In this document: piece by piece, positions 43,034 to 56,498 of the stretch
Layout: each line of letters opens with the position of its first letter
How positions within the stretch are numbered: position 1 is the first letter of the stretch
Sequence record: NZ_CP041047.1
Length of the DNA stretch: 64,000 nucleotides
From: a plasmid
Strand: one strand, 5' to 3'
Notes under the pieces: model-generated
What the model was told of the DNA's origin: nothing
The model's database searches: none
Seen by the model: only the letters and a program-made list of their open reading frames with translations
Translations under genes and position numbers: made by a program

Positions 43034-43080
43034 GTGAGTCTGGTTGGTATGCATCATGTCGAAATCGGAGCACCGGTGAC

Positions 43081-43506
43081 TTATCGAATAGTCTGAACTG
43101 ACTTGTAATGCGCTTGTGCAGGGTGGCCATAAGCCGTATTCGAGCGTGGAACTTCGAGGTGACCCGGCATCCATCCGGTCGTTTTTGCAACCCAGAAACA
43201 GCGTTCCTCACCGTCATCGGTAGTGACTCTAACACGACAACCTTCAAGCCCAATTAGTTGGGGGGAAAGATTACCGGGGCAGCATTTCCGGGAAGCGTTA
43301 GCATATACCTGCCCGCGCCGCATGAGTTCTGCACATTGTTCAAAATGTTCTTCTGTACCCAGTGCAGCTACTGGTGCTTCAACGTCCATCCAGTCAGCTA
43401 CGGCGGTTGCTTTTGTATGCAGGAGATCAAATCCGTAGCTTGATAGAATAGAGCCACATTTAAGAACATAGAGCTGCTGCTCTTTGTTAATGTTTTCGAG
43501 TTTCAT
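43081..43506 (-). CDS. hypothetical protein
   Basis: 141-aa ORF. Confidence 0.35.
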   Translation of the reverse strand: MKLENINKEQQLYVLKCGSILSSYGFDLLHTKATAVADWMDVEAPVAALGTEEHFEQCAELMRRGQVYANASRKCCPGNLSPQLIGLEGCRVRVTTDDGEERCFWVAKTTGWMPGHLEVPRSNTAYGHPAQAHYKSVQTIR

Positions 43507-43617
43507 AGCCGCTCCTGTTAGATTATCGTTGCCTGTTATTTAAAACATGGCTTTTCAGTAAATAAATAACCACACCTGCATGACGATTGGGACGCGATAA
43601 TAAATAACGAGTATCTA

Positions 43618-43920
43618 TTAGCTTTGAGTGCCGAAAAAACCACAATCCATAAGTTGCTCACCAACGGTATTGTCGAATAACATATCGTCTACTGAAACTT
43701 CATAGCTATTCTCTGATGAAAAATATCCAGCGTTATCATAGTCGACTTCTAAAGCGTCACCATCAATAACCACAACCTCAGTATTAACGAAAAGATCATC
43801 AAGGTCTGAAATAACCTCAATATCTTCACTCTGTTCATCGGTAATGACAATGACAACCATATCATCTTCAAACTCGGAAGCTGATACTTCATCATATCTT
43901 GCTGCAATTAAATCTGACAT
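43618..43920 (-). CDS. highly acidic small protein (about one third D/E)
   Basis: 100 aa, MSDLIAARYDEVSASEFEDDMVVIVITDEQSEDIEVISDLDDLF…. Confidence 0.4.
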   Translation of the reverse strand: MSDLIAARYDEVSASEFEDDMVVIVITDEQSEDIEVISDLDDLFVNTEVVVIDGDALEVDYDNAGYFSSENSYEVSVDDMLFDNTVGEQLMDCGFFGTQS

Positions 43921-44056
43921 ATTAGCCTCCAGTTGAATGTGATTGCCTATATGTCTATATTACCACCCACATGCTTGTGACGAAGTGATTTGGCTTATTT
44001 TTAATCGTTTAAAACAAAAAAGCCACCCCGGTTATTTCCTTGGTGGCTAATTGATA

Positions 44057-44602
44057 TTATCCCTCGGCTAGTTCCAGCGCTTCCTTCTGGGAAGTGGCTT
44101 CACCGAACCAGACCAGATCATAATGCGTGAAGTCAGTAGATAACATGCTCCTGACCCGTTGTTCCTCTGTTGCCACAGTGCGGCTATAGACAGCTACACA
44201 GCGCTCTCTCTTCCCGCCCCGCAATGATGAAGGGCTGTTGAAAATCGCAAAACACATCGTTTCCGGCTTAACGTTAACCCCGCCCATTTTTTCAATGACG
44301 TAATCATAGGCAATTTTTTCAATGTCATAAAATGAGCCGTCAGATGACACCATTGAATATTTCAGAACAGTACCCCCCAGAGCTCGCTTAATCTGGTGCT
44401 CCCTTTGCTGCTCGTTGTTCCAGCGAAAGGTTTGACGGCTGCTGGGGTGTCCTACTTTCTGTTCCGCTTTTGCACGTGGGCTATAGCCGTCAGCAATGAG
44501 TGAATCCATAAATTCACGCATTGATAAAATCTTACCGTTATGACGAATTTGTTTGGCTAGGAAGTTTTCAATACGTTTTTCGTTGGCTTTTTGAAGTGTC
44601 AT
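44057..44602 (-). CDS. hypothetical protein
   Basis: 181-aa ORF. A GGCUAAUUGAU-type hairpin follows it. Confidence 0.4.
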   Translation of the reverse strand: MTLQKANEKRIENFLAKQIRHNGKILSMREFMDSLIADGYSPRAKAEQKVGHPSSRQTFRWNNEQQREHQIKRALGGTVLKYSMVSSDGSFYDIEKIAYDYVIEKMGGVNVKPETMCFAIFNSPSSLRGGKRERCVAVYSRTVATEEQRVRSMLSTDFTHYDLVWFGEATSQKEALELAEG

Positions 44603-44963
44603 TTTTTCTGGCCTATGGTTCGTTGTCGTTATATTCAGTAAACCATAGGTCGTTCATGTGACGAAACGTGTATTTATTCAACCCTATCTTCAATTATTTC
44701 GGTCATTAGAAAACGCAAATGATGATTATCGCCATCAGGATTGATTTTGTTTTTGTGATAATCCATTACGCTTACATTTCTTGCTTGTTTGAAGTGGTAA
44801 TTATCCATCGCGTTTACAGTTTTCTCATAGTAAGCTTCAGCTGAATAATCCAATAAACTTCGATAATAGGCAGCGACAACATCCCATCGACGATTTTCCG
44901 ATGCTTTACATAACTCTTCGTCGTCACCTATTGCCGCTATGATATAACCATATATATAGCCAA

Positions 44964-46197
<1,234 letters not shown>

Positions 46198-46263
46198 GAA
46201 ATTAATGTCGGATACGGCGCGAGCGCCTTATCCGACCAACTTATCAGGACGGAATGTTAAAAA

Positions 46264-46402
46264 TGAACATGTCGATGACAGAAAAAATAAAAGCAGGCAA
46301 GCTATTTACCGATATGTGCGAAGGCTTACCTGAAAAAAGACTTCGTGGGAAAACATTAATGTATGAGTTCAATCACTCGCATCCATCAGAAGTTGAAAAA
46401 AG
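46264..46402 (+). pseudogene. lacA: lacA 5' fragment (first ~46 codons), truncated by IS1 copy 3
   Basis: MNMSMTEKIKAGKLFTDMCEGLPEKRLRGKTLMYEFNHSHPSEVEKR matches the N-terminus of galactoside acetyltransferase. The lacY–lacA spacer contains a REP-like palindrome. Confidence 0.8.
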
Positions 46403-47168
46403 GGTAATGACTCCAACTTATTGATAGTGTTTTATGTTCAGATAATGCCCGATGACTTTGTCATGCAGCTCCACCGATTTTGTGAGCGACAGCGACTTCC
46501 GTCCCAGCCGTGCCAGGTGCTGCCTCAGATTCAGGTTATGCCGCTCAATTCGCTGCGTATATCGCTTGCTGATTACGTGCAGCTTTCCCTTCAGGCGGGA
46601 TTCATACAGCGGCCAGCCATCCGTCATCCATATCACCACGTCAAAGGGTGACAGCAGGCTCATAAGACGCCCCAGCGTCGCCATAGTGCGTTCACCGAAT
46701 ACGTGCGCAAACCGTCTTCCGGAGCCTGTCATACGCGTAAAACAGCCAGCGCTGGCGCGATTTAGCCCCGACGTATCCCCACTGTTCGTCCATTTCCGCG
46801 CAGACGATGACGTCACTGCCCGGCTGTATGCGCGAGGTTACCGACTGCGGCCTGAGTTTTTTAAGTGACGTAAAATCGTGTTGAGGCCAACGCCCATAAT
46901 GCGGGCGGTTGCCCGGCATCCAACGCCATTCATGGCCATATCAATGATTTTCTGGTGCGTACCGGGTTGAGAAGCGGTGTAAGTGAACTGCAGTTGCCAT
47001 GTTTTACGGCAGTGAGAGCAGAGATAGCGCTGATGTCCGGCGGTGCTTTTGCCGTTACGCACCACCCCGTCAGTAGCTGAACAGGAGGGACAGCTGATAG
47101 AAACAGAAGCCACTGGAGCACCTCAAAAACACCATCATACACTAAATCAGTAAGTTGGCAGCATCACC
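46403..47168 (-). mobile_element. IS1, copy 3 (766 bp; 2-bp deletion in insB)
   Basis: Inverted repeats at both ends. insA is intact at 46838–47113 (-). The insB frame is broken (…RKTVCARIR instead of …[11 protein letters not shown]) and there is also an F→L substitution (LSLTKS). Confidence 0.9.
46418..46919 (-). pseudogene. insB: IS1 insB with frameshift
   Basis: Comparison with copies 1 and 2 shows GACGGTTTGCGCAC where they have GACGGTTGTTGCGCAC. Confidence 0.8.
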
Positions 47169-47287
47169 TGATGTGCCAAAGTCGATTACCTGTTGCATGG
47201 TTCACCTGTTTATTTATTCGTTTTGTATATTTATTTAAACACGGGCGTACCAGCTGACGAATAAGGCCAGCGGTATTATTTAATGAT

Positions 47288-47653
47288 TTATTTAGTAATC
47301 GGGGATGGAAATAATTGATCAAGACAACTCATTGGTTTGCCAATGGCATTTGTGAGCTTTAGAATTTCTCCCGGCGTAACTGCCTTAAGCATTTCAGAGC
47401 GCCCTTCACGGATATATTCATCTACAGACATATTCCGCCATCCTGCTTTTGGTCGATTACTGCAACCTTGCCAGTTTGAATCAGCATTATCCCGACGAAG
47501 AACATATACATCGATAGAGCGAGTTAACCCTGCACCGAACGCAGCCTGAGCAGTAATTTTCACTTCAGATCCATCCTTGCGTTTAATGACCTGCGATATA
47601 CGCGTGATTAACTCTTCAGGTGCGGATGCGTTGTTCTGAGTTTCATTTGTCAT
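47288..47653 (-). CDS. hypothetical protein
   Basis: 121-aa ORF. Confidence 0.35.
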   Translation of the reverse strand: MTNETQNNASAPEELITRISQVIKRKDGSEVKITAQAAFGAGLTRSIDVYVLRRDNADSNWQGCSNRPKAGWRNMSVDEYIREGRSEMLKAVTPGEILKLTNAIGKPMSCLDQLFPSPITK

Positions 47654-47779
47654 AAAACACCTCGTGAATATTGTCCGGTTTGTTTACTTATTAAATCACG
47701 AGGCATTCGGGTGACGAAGTGATGTTCAGAAAGATACTTTTCTTTGCTGGAGCAGGCTTAACCGTTGGTTGTCTGGATG

Positions 47780-47980
47780 CTACCATTCATAAGAAATGAC
47801 GGTTAGCGTATCACTCACCTGTTCTTTGGTGATCTTTGGTTTTACCGGTTCGGGTAAAATTGTAATCGAAATTTGAATAGTTGCCGTTGCCTGTTGCTTT
47901 TTATCACCACTATTTCCCTCATCCTGTGCCAGTGCATTCCATGAAACAACGAATAATAAAGCTGAGAGTATCGTTTTCAT
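47780..47980 (-). CDS. small secreted protein / lipoprotein candidate
   Basis: 66 aa with a signal peptide, MKTILSALLFVVSWNALA. Confidence 0.4.
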   Translation of the reverse strand: MKTILSALLFVVSWNALAQDEGNSGDKKQQATATIQISITILPEPVKPKITKEQVSDTLTVISYEW

Positions 47981-48102
47981 TTTACACCTATATAAAAGAT
48001 TGCTGTCCGTAGAACCATTATCTATCGGGCCAATCAGCTGGCGAAATTAAACAGTCGAAAACCTTTAATTAAATATCAGGATAAGGTCAGTAGCTTTTAT
48101 GG

Positions 48103-49575
48103 TCAGTCGTCATCATGATACTCAGGGCCACCATAATTATCAAATCGAGACCATTGACCATTAAATGTGAGACGTACTGTCCCTATAGGCCCGTTGCGCT
48201 GTTTACCTATGATAATTTCGGCTATACCTTTCATATCGCTATTTTCGTGATAGACCTCATCACGGTAAATAAACATGATCAGGTCAGCATCCTGCTCAAT
48301 GGAGCCTGACTCTCGCAAATCTGAGTTTACCGGACGTTTATCGGCACGTTGTTCAAGCGAGCGGTTTAGTTGCGATAAAGCGATTACCGGTACATTCAGC
48401 TCTTTTGCCAGTGCTTTCAGAGATCGGGAGATTTCAGCAATTTCCAGAGTTCTGTTGTCAGATAACGACGGTACACGCATCAACTGAAGGTAGTCGATCA
48501 TAATGAGGCTAAGCCCACCGTGTTCGCGGGACAATCGACGCGCCCGGGAGCGAACGTCCATAGGTGTTAGGCCAGAGCTGTCATCAATGTAAATGTTCTT
48601 TTTTTCCAGCAGCAGTCCCATTGTGCCGGATAACCGGGCCCAGTCCTCGTCATCGAGCTGTCCGGTTCGGATGCTGGTCTGGTTGACGCGTGATAGCGAT
48701 GCCAGTGAGCGCATCATGAGCTGTTCCGTAGGCATTTCCAGGCTGAAAATCATGACGGGCTTATCGTTTGTCAGCGATACATTCTCGCAGATGTTCATTG
48801 CAAACGTAGTTTTCCCCATTGAGGGTCTGGCAGCGATAATAATCAAATCCGAGGGCTGTAGACCGGCTGTCTTCTTGTTCACGTCCACGTAGCCGGTATC
48901 AACTCCAGTGACCCCGTCATGGGGACGCTGGAACAAGGCTTCAATCTTGGTAACGGTTCTGTCCAGAATGCTGCTGATATTTTCCGGCCCACCGCTTTTA
49001 TTTCCCCTTTGCTCTGCAATCTGGAAAATCCGGCTTTCTGCAAGATCAAGCAATTCGTCACTTGTCCTACCTTCCGGGTTGTAACCGGCCTCGGTTATTT
49101 CGTTGGCAACTTTTATCATTTCCCTGATTACGGCACGTTCCCTGACGATCTGCGCGTAGGCAATTATATTTGCCGCACTGGGCGTATTTTTTGACAGTTC
49201 TGCCAGATAGGCGAAACCGCCGAGACTATCCAGCTTACCTTCTCCCTCGTTTTCGATGTGCTCAGCGAGGGTTATCAAATCAATCGGGAATTGATTCGCA
49301 ACGAGCGATCTCATTGCAGAGAAAATTGAGCGATGCGGTCGAGAACTAAAATCCTGCTCACTAACGATTTCTGCCACATCATCCCATCTCTGGTTTTCAA
49401 GCATTAACCCGCCCAGCACGGACTGTTCCGCTTCTATCGATTGCGGAGGGGTTTTTAAGCTGTATTCAGCTGTTTGCTTTGTCTCACCTGTTTCGGTAAA
49501 CGAGATGTCCGCCATAGTCATAAGTGGCCTCAGAGGTTCTGGAATAGCTTTTGTTTTTGTAATTGTCGTGCGCAT
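48103..49575 (-). CDS. DnaB-family replicative DNA helicase (plasmid/phage-encoded)
   Basis: AARPSMGKTTFAMN is Walker A. IMIDYLQLM is Walker B. The SQLNR and GKQRNGP motifs are present. The N-terminal domain reads …IEAEQSVLGGLML…. Confidence 0.85.
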   Translation of the reverse strand: MRTTITKTKAIPEPLRPLMTMADISFTETGETKQTAEYSLKTPPQSIEAEQSVLGGLMLENQRWDDVAEIVSEQDFSSRPHRSIFSAMRSLVANQFPIDLITLAEHIENEGEGKLDSLGGFAYLAELSKNTPSAANIIAYAQIVRERAVIREMIKVANEITEAGYNPEGRTSDELLDLAESRIFQIAEQRGNKSGGPENISSILDRTVTKIEALFQRPHDGVTGVDTGYVDVNKKTAGLQPSDLIIIAARPSMGKTTFAMNICENVSLTNDKPVMIFSLEMPTEQLMMRSLASLSRVNQTSIRTGQLDDEDWARLSGTMGLLLEKKNIYIDDSSGLTPMDVRSRARRLSREHGGLSLIMIDYLQLMRVPSLSDNRTLEIAEISRSLKALAKELNVPVIALSQLNRSLEQRADKRPVNSDLRESGSIEQDADLIMFIYRDEVYHENSDMKGIAEIIIGKQRNGPIGTVRLTFNGQWSRFDNYGGPEYHDDD

Positions 49576-49898
49576 TCCGATACCAACTCCGGGTAACTGG
49601 ATGCTATTGCCTTTAGAATTGCTTCAGAGAGCTCATTCGCTTCATCAGAGCGGCCCACCAGCCTCAGCTCGGCTACTGTACCGGGGTCGCAGTTTGTCAG
49701 GTTGGCGCGGGCGTAATTGACTTTCAGCCGCGCCAGAAATTCCACCCCGGGCTTGCGCTTCACCGCGTGGACAGAAAGTGTTTTTCGGCAAAATCGACCA
49801 GCTGTACGGCGTTCGTGATGCTCCAGAGCTTTTGCTTCCAGCTCCTGCCCGGCGATAACGGTCACATAGAGGCTACTAATCAACGCCGATACATTCAT
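49530..49898 (-). CDS. hypothetical protein
   Basis: 122-aa ORF upstream of the helicase. Its last 46 nt overlap the helicase ORF as listed, or 15 nt if the helicase starts at MTMADISF. Confidence 0.35.
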   Translation of the reverse strand: MNVSALISSLYVTVIAGQELEAKALEHHERRTAGRFCRKTLSVHAVKRKPGVEFLARLKVNYARANLTNCDPGTVAELRLVGRSDEANELSEAILKAIASSYPELVSECARQLQKQKLFQNL

Positions 49899-50470
49899 GC
49901 AGCAATCCCCCGCTTATTAGCCAGCGCAACGGTATCCAGAAGTACGAAGTCATCAAGCAGGTTCAGTCCTGCGGGCGTCTTCTGATCACGCCATAGCGCA
50001 TCCAGTACATCGGTGTCTGGCATTCCCGTTGGGATTAGGCTTAGAAGTTCGGATAACGTATCTACCTGTAGCATGTGGCAGATAGAAGCCAGCATTATTC
50101 CCTCTGACGCTTTATCCATAAGACCACCGATCAGAATCTGAATTTCCGGGGTCATAACAAAATGCTCATAATTGGATTTATTGAATCGGCACTGAATGAG
50201 TTTATAACCCTTGAACTCAGTAATTAACTCCTGAAGGAATACATGCAGCATATCTGGTTTTGTTTTTCTAATAGCCGCTACCTGCATTGCAATTTTTAAA
50301 ATGCCATCATCAACTCTTTCGTGCGGGCATCCTGCGGAGGAATAAATACTTTTTGCCTTTTCGAGCCAATTTTGCAGCTCGATATAATTAGTCTGAATAT
50401 TCAACGCGACCCCCATTGCTATCCAAAAAAGTCTATAACCCTGATATTTTAATGCGCTCCTGTCTATCAT
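49895..50470 (-). CDS. hypothetical protein
   Basis: 191-aa ORF overlapping the next gene by 4 bp. Confidence 0.4.
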   Translation of the reverse strand: MIDRSALKYQGYRLFWIAMGVALNIQTNYIELQNWLEKAKSIYSSAGCPHERVDDGILKIAMQVAAIRKTKPDMLHVFLQELITEFKGYKLIQCRFNKSNYEHFVMTPEIQILIGGLMDKASEGIMLASICHMLQVDTLSELLSLIPTGMPDTDVLDALWRDQKTPAGLNLLDDFVLLDTVALANKRGIAA

Positions 50471-50593
50471 CGAAAAATTTAAGACAGCAAAATGCGGCCA
50501 TTTATATGTGCAAAAATATGAGCCGGTTTATCCGGCCCATCAGAATGAAAAGGAATTTTATGCAGGTCTGTTAAAGACCTGCTGGGAGGTTAG

Positions 50594-51788
<1,195 letters not shown>

Positions 51789-52086
51789 CTATTTGTGCGA
51801 TTACATCGCTATTTTGGGAAATATTCCACTAAAGCCCCCAAAACATGCAAAACTATTTCGCCTTATTTTGAACCGCCTTACTGCAAATCGGGCTGCATGC
51901 CCTTTCGCCACAGGTACTGTCTCTTTATTCACAACTCAAATAGAAATGTGACATAGTGCAAATTCACAATCGTCAGATCCGGACATAACTTGCAATAATT
52001 CGGAATTTATCCGACTTTATTTATATTAATTACGAAGCGCAAAAAAAATCGTTTTTCCCCTATGTCCTCACAGCGAAGTGATAACT

Positions 52087-54792
52087 ATGTTGATTCCGTC
52101 TAAATTAAGTCGCCCGGTACGCCTCGACCATACTGTCGTTCGTGAGCGTCTGCTGGCTAAACTTTCCGGCGCGAACAATTTTCGGCTTGCGCTGATCACT
52201 AGCCCGGCAGGGTACGGAAAAACAACGCTCATTTCTCAATGGGCTTCCGGTAAAAATGACGTCGGCTGGTTTTCGCTGGATGAAGGCGACAACCAACAGG
52301 AACGTTTTGCCAGCTATTTCATTGCGGCCATTCAGCAAGCCACCGGTGGGCATTGCGTCAGCAGTGAGGTGATGGCGCAAAAACGCCAGTACGCCAGCCT
52401 CTCCTCCCTCTTTGCCCAGTTATTTATTGAACTGGCAGAGTGGCAACGCGCGCTCTATCTGGTGATTGATGACTACCACCTCATCACCAACCCGGTAATT
52501 CATGAAGCCATGCGCTTCTTCTTGCGCCATCAGCCAGAAAACCTGACGCTGATTGTGCTGTCGCGCAATTTACCGCAGTTAGGCATCGCCAACCTGCGCG
52601 TACGTGAACAGCTGCTGGAGATCGGCAGCCATCAACTGGCCTTTAATCATCAGGAAGCGAAGCAATTTTTCGATTGCCGCCTGACCTCGCCCATCGAAGC
52701 GGCAGAGAGCAGCCGCCTGTGTGATGACGTTGCCGGCTGGGCCACTGCGCTACAACTCATTGCCCTTTCCGTACGCCAGAATCACAGCGCCGCGCAGCAA
52801 TCCGCTCGCCGTCTGGCGGGGATCAACGCCAGCCACCTGTCCGACTATCTTGTGGATGAGGTGCTGGATAATGTGGATGCCAGTACGCGCCTGTTCTTAC
52901 TGAAAAGCTCATTATTGCGCTCTATGAACGATGCGCTGATTGTCCGTGTCACTGGCGAAGAAAATGGTCAGATGCGGCTGGAAGAAATTGAGCGCCAGGG
53001 GCTATTCCTGCAGCGCATGGATGACTCCGGCGAGTGGTTCAGCTACCACCCGCTGTTCGGCAATTTCCTGCGCCAGCGCTGCCAGTGGGAACTGGCGACT
53101 GAACTACCGGAAATTCATCGCTCGGCAGCAGAAAGCTGGATGGCGCAGGGTTTCCCCAGCGAAGCCATTCATCACGCACTGGCCGCGGGCGACGGTATCA
53201 TGTTACGGGATATTCTGTTGCATCACGCCTGGGGGTTGTTCAATCACAGCGAACTCAGCCTGCTGGAAGCATCGCTGAAAGCGCTGCCGTGGGAAAGCCT
53301 GCTGGAAAACCCTCGCCTGGTTCTGCTACAGGCCTGGCTGATGCAAAGCCAGCATCGCTACAGTGAAGTGAATACCTTGCTGGCCCGTGCCGAGCAGGAG
53401 ATGACCACCCGAATGGATGCCTCCCTGCATGGTGATTTCAACGCGTTACGCGCGCAGGTCGCGATCAATGATGGTGACGCCGTCGAAGCGGAACGTCTGG
53501 CCATGGTCGCTCTCGACGAACTGCCGCTCGCCAATTACTACAGCCGTATTGTCGCCACATCGGTACATGGCGAAGTGCTGCACTGCAAAGGGCAACTCAC
53601 CAACTCCCTGGCGTTAATGCAGCAAACCGAACAGATGGCGCGCCGCCACGACGTGTGGCACTACGCCTTATGGAGCCTGATTCAGCAAAGCGAAATTCTT
53701 TTTGCGCAAGGCTTCCTGCAGGCCGCCTGGGAGACCCAGGAAAAAGGGTTTGTCCTGGTGCGCGAACAGCATCTTGAACAACTGCCGATGCACGAATTCT
53801 TACTGCGCATTCGTTCGCAGTTGCTCTGGGCCTGGGCACGCCTTGACGAATCTGAGGCCGCCGCCCGCCAGGGGATGGAGGTTCTCGCCTCCTTCCAGCC
53901 GCAGCAACAGTTACAGTGTCTGGCGCTGGTGATTCAAAACTCGCTGGCAAGAGGCGATTTGGATAACGCGCGCGCGCATTTGCATCGTCTGGAAAACTTG
54001 CTGGGTAACGGTCAGTATCACAGCGATTGGGTATCGAACGCCGATAAGGTTCGGGTGATTTACTGGAACATGACAGGGGATCGCAAATCCGCAGCACAGT
54101 GGCTTCGCCAGACGCCTAAACCGGAGTTCGCTAATAACCATTTCCTGCAAGGGCAGTGGCGTAATATCGCCAGAGCGCAAATTCTGCTCGGTGATTTCGA
54201 TCCAGCCGAAATGGTCCTCGAAGAGCTTAACGAGAACGCCCGCAGTCTGCGCCTGATGAGTGATTTGAATCGCAACCTGCTGTTACTGAATCAGCTGTAC
54301 TGGCAGTCCGGACGCAAAAACGACGCACAGCGTGTGCTACTTGAGGCGCTGCAGCTTGCCAACCGCACCGGGTTTATCAGCCACTTTGTCATAGAGGGCG
54401 AGGCGATGGCGCAGCAATTGCGTCAGCTTATTCAACTCAACACATTGCCGGAGCTGGACCAGCACCGCGCGCAGCGTATTCTGCGCGACATCAACCAACA
54501 TCACCGGCATAAGTTCGCCCATTTTGACGAGAACTTCGTTGAACGTTTACTGAACCATCCGGAAGTGCCGGAACTTATCCGTACCAGTCCGTTAACCCAG
54601 CGAGAGTGGCAGGTTTTGGGGCTTATTTACTCAGGCTATAGTAATGAGCAGATCGCCGGTGAGCTCGCCGTAGCGGCGACCACCATTAAAACGCATATCC
54701 GTAATTTGTATCAGAAGCTGGGGGTTGCTCACCGTCAGGATGCCGTGTTGCATGCCCAGCGGCTGCTGAAAATGATGGGCTATGGCGTCTGA
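52087..54792 (+). CDS. malT: HTH-type maltose regulon activator MalT
   Basis: [47 protein letters not shown]… over 901 aa, with a LuxR-type C-terminus. Confidence 0.95.
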   Translation: MLIPSKLSRPVRLDHTVVRERLLAKLSGANNFRLALITSPAGYGKTTLISQWASGKNDVGWFSLDEGDNQQERFASYFIAAIQQATGGHCVSSEVMAQKRQYASLSSLFAQLFIELAEWQRALYLVIDDYHLITNPVIHEAMRFFLRHQPENLTLIVLSRNLPQLGIANLRVREQLLEIGSHQLAFNHQEAKQFFDCRLTSPIEAAESSRLCDDVAGWATALQLIALSVRQNHSAAQQSARRLAGINASHLSDYLVDEVLDNVDASTRLFLLKSSLLRSMNDALIVRVTGEENGQMRLEEIERQGLFLQRMDDSGEWFSYHPLFGNFLRQRCQWELATELPEIHRSAAESWMAQGFPSEAIHHALAAGDGIMLRDILLHHAWGLFNHSELSLLEASLKALPWESLLENPRLVLLQAWLMQSQHRYSEVNTLLARAEQEMTTRMDASLHGDFNALRAQVAINDGDAVEAERLAMVALDELPLANYYSRIVATSVHGEVLHCKGQLTNSLALMQQTEQMARRHDVWHYALWSLIQQSEILFAQGFLQAAWETQEKGFVLVREQHLEQLPMHEFLLRIRSQLLWAWARLDESEAAARQGMEVLASFQPQQQLQCLALVIQNSLARGDLDNARAHLHRLENLLGNGQYHSDWVSNADKVRVIYWNMTGDRKSAAQWLRQTPKPEFANNHFLQGQWRNIARAQILLGDFDPAEMVLEELNENARSLRLMSDLNRNLLLLNQLYWQSGRKNDAQRVLLEALQLANRTGFISHFVIEGEAMAQQLRQLIQLNTLPELDQHRAQRILRDINQHHRHKFAHFDENFVERLLNHPEVPELIRTSPLTQREWQVLGLIYSGYSNEQIAGELAVAATTIKTHIRNLYQKLGVAHRQDAVLHAQRLLKMMGYGV

Positions 54793-54796
54793 GTTC

Positions 54797-54824
54797 AGGT
54801 CGGGCTGGCGCAACGCCGCCCGAC
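54797..54824. terminator. bidirectional terminator between malT and glpR
   Basis: GTCGGGCTGGCGCAACGCCGCCCGAC hairpin. Confidence 0.6.
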
Positions 54825-54832
54825 ACTATCTC

Positions 54833-55591
54833 TCAGCATAACTCTAACTGGATGTTATTACTGGTGATCACCTGCATGACGCCCGCAGGTGGCATAGTAT
54901 CGGTGTACACTGCATTCACCATGCTGATACTGCCCATATTAACCATCGCGTTACGTCCAAACTTCGAGTGATCCACCACCAACATCGCATGGCGGGAGTT
55001 TTCAATGATCGCCCGTTTGGTGCGGACTTCATGATAGTCAAACTCAAGCAGCGAACCATCAGCGTCAATGCCACTGATACCAAGAATGCCAAAGTCCAGA
55101 CGGAACTGAGAGATAAAGTCCAGCGTAGCTTCGCCGACAATGCCGCCGTCACGGCTACGCAATTCGCCGCCCGCGAGGATGACGCGGAAATCTTCTTTTT
55201 TCAGCAGCGTATTTGCCACATTGAGATTGTTAGTCACCACGCGTAAATCGCTATGATCGAGCAGCGCGTGCGCCACGGCTTCCGGGGTAGTTCCAATATC
55301 AATAAACAACGTTGCGCCGTTCGGGATCTGGCTGGCCACTTTACGGGCAATCCGTTCTTTCTCCGCCGTTTGCGTTGCCTTACGGTCATGCCAGGAGGTG
55401 TTGACGGAGCTGGAAGGTAGCGCAGCCCCCCCGTGGTGGCGCAGGATTTTGTTTTGATCAGCCAGATCGTTCAGATCGCGGCGAATCGTCTGCGGACTTA
55501 CCGAGAATTGCTCTACCAGTTCTTCCGTGCTGACATATCCCTGCAGTTTAACCAGTTCAATGATCGCGTCATGACGTTGTGTTTGTTTCAT
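54833..55591 (-). CDS. glpR: glycerol-3-phosphate regulon repressor (DeoR family)
   Basis: MKQTQRHDAIIELVKLQGYVSTEELVE…, 252 aa. Confidence 0.95.
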   Translation of the reverse strand: MKQTQRHDAIIELVKLQGYVSTEELVEQFSVSPQTIRRDLNDLADQNKILRHHGGAALPSSSVNTSWHDRKATQTAEKERIARKVASQIPNGATLFIDIGTTPEAVAHALLDHSDLRVVTNNLNVANTLLKKEDFRVILAGGELRSRDGGIVGEATLDFISQFRLDFGILGISGIDADGSLLEFDYHEVRTKRAIIENSRHAMLVVDHSKFGRNAMVNMGSISMVNAVYTDTMPPAGVMQVITSNNIQLELC

Positions 55592-55608
55592 GAAATGTCT
55601 CTGGATAA

Positions 55609-56439
55609 TTATGTTCGTTTTCGCGCATTCAATGTATCTACCAGCGCCATCGCAAGGCCAATCACCAGCCCGCCGGTGTGGGCGCCGATAGCCGTATCCA
55701 CTGCTGAGATGCCAAACCAGTCAGCAACCAGTAACACGACCGTAAAAATAACCAGTCCACGGGGCAGCCAGACCGGGCGTTCCGGGTCTCGCTCACCCCG
55801 TAGCCACACATAACCAATCAATGCATAGACCACACCTGACAGACCACCAAACCAGGGGCCCGTCAGTTTGTACTGTAAAAAGCCGCTCAGTAACGCGCTG
55901 ATAAGCGTGATCACCACCAGCTTGCCGCTTCCCAGACGTTTTTCAACGGCTCCGCCAAGATACCACCACCAGAACAGGTTAAAGATGATATGAACCAGCG
56001 AAAAGTGCATTAGCGCATGGCTAAAGTAGCGCCAGGCTTCAAATTTCAGCGAGGCGTCATAGGGCCAGGCAAGCCAGACCATCACGGTCTGATCGTCAGA
56101 CATACTCATCAGGATAAAGACCAGCACGCAAGCCGCGAAGACAGAGAGGGTAATCGGCCCACCGCGCTCCCGTAGCGCCGTGCGCAGAGAAAATCCACGG
56201 TAGTGCAAACCGCTGCCTGTCTCTCCGGATTGCCAGCTTGCGGCGAGATAACGTGGATCGGTGGGATTTTCCAGAAAACGCGCCAGTTCAGCTTTCACGC
56301 GCTCAGCCTGGCTTTCGTCCGCCAGCCAGATATCGCTTTGCGAGTGGTGTTGAATCGTAAGAATGACGCCCTGTGTTTGCATGTAATCGACAAACGCCTG
56401 GGCGACGCGCGGGTTGGTAAATGATGTAATCATCAACAT
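55609..56439 (-). CDS. glpG: rhomboid protease GlpG
   Basis: 276-aa membrane protein with the GGLSG rhomboid serine motif. Confidence 0.9.
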   Translation of the reverse strand: MLMITSFTNPRVAQAFVDYMQTQGVILTIQHHSQSDIWLADESQAERVKAELARFLENPTDPRYLAASWQSGETGSGLHYRGFSLRTALRERGGPITLSVFAACVLVFILMSMSDDQTVMVWLAWPYDASLKFEAWRYFSHALMHFSLVHIIFNLFWWWYLGGAVEKRLGSGKLVVITLISALLSGFLQYKLTGPWFGGLSGVVYALIGYVWLRGERDPERPVWLPRGLVIFTVVLLVADWFGISAVDTAIGAHTGGLVIGLAMALVDTLNARKRT

Positions 56440-56498
56440 GGCTGGCGGTCGCTTTGTCTCCGGAAAAGAGCACAGTATAGCGGCAGATTCATCACTCT

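Noticed and set aside
46418-46816. A 132-aa [16 protein letters not shown]…, inside IS1 copy 3.
   Set aside because: It is a chimeric frame created by the 2-bp deletion in insB and not a novel gene. The downstream part is ordinary InsB.
53597-54097. A 166-aa ORF antisense to malT, and other short ORFs inside malT, glgP and glgA.
   Set aside because: They are embedded in well-supported conserved genes and have Pro/Arg-rich, low-complexity translations.
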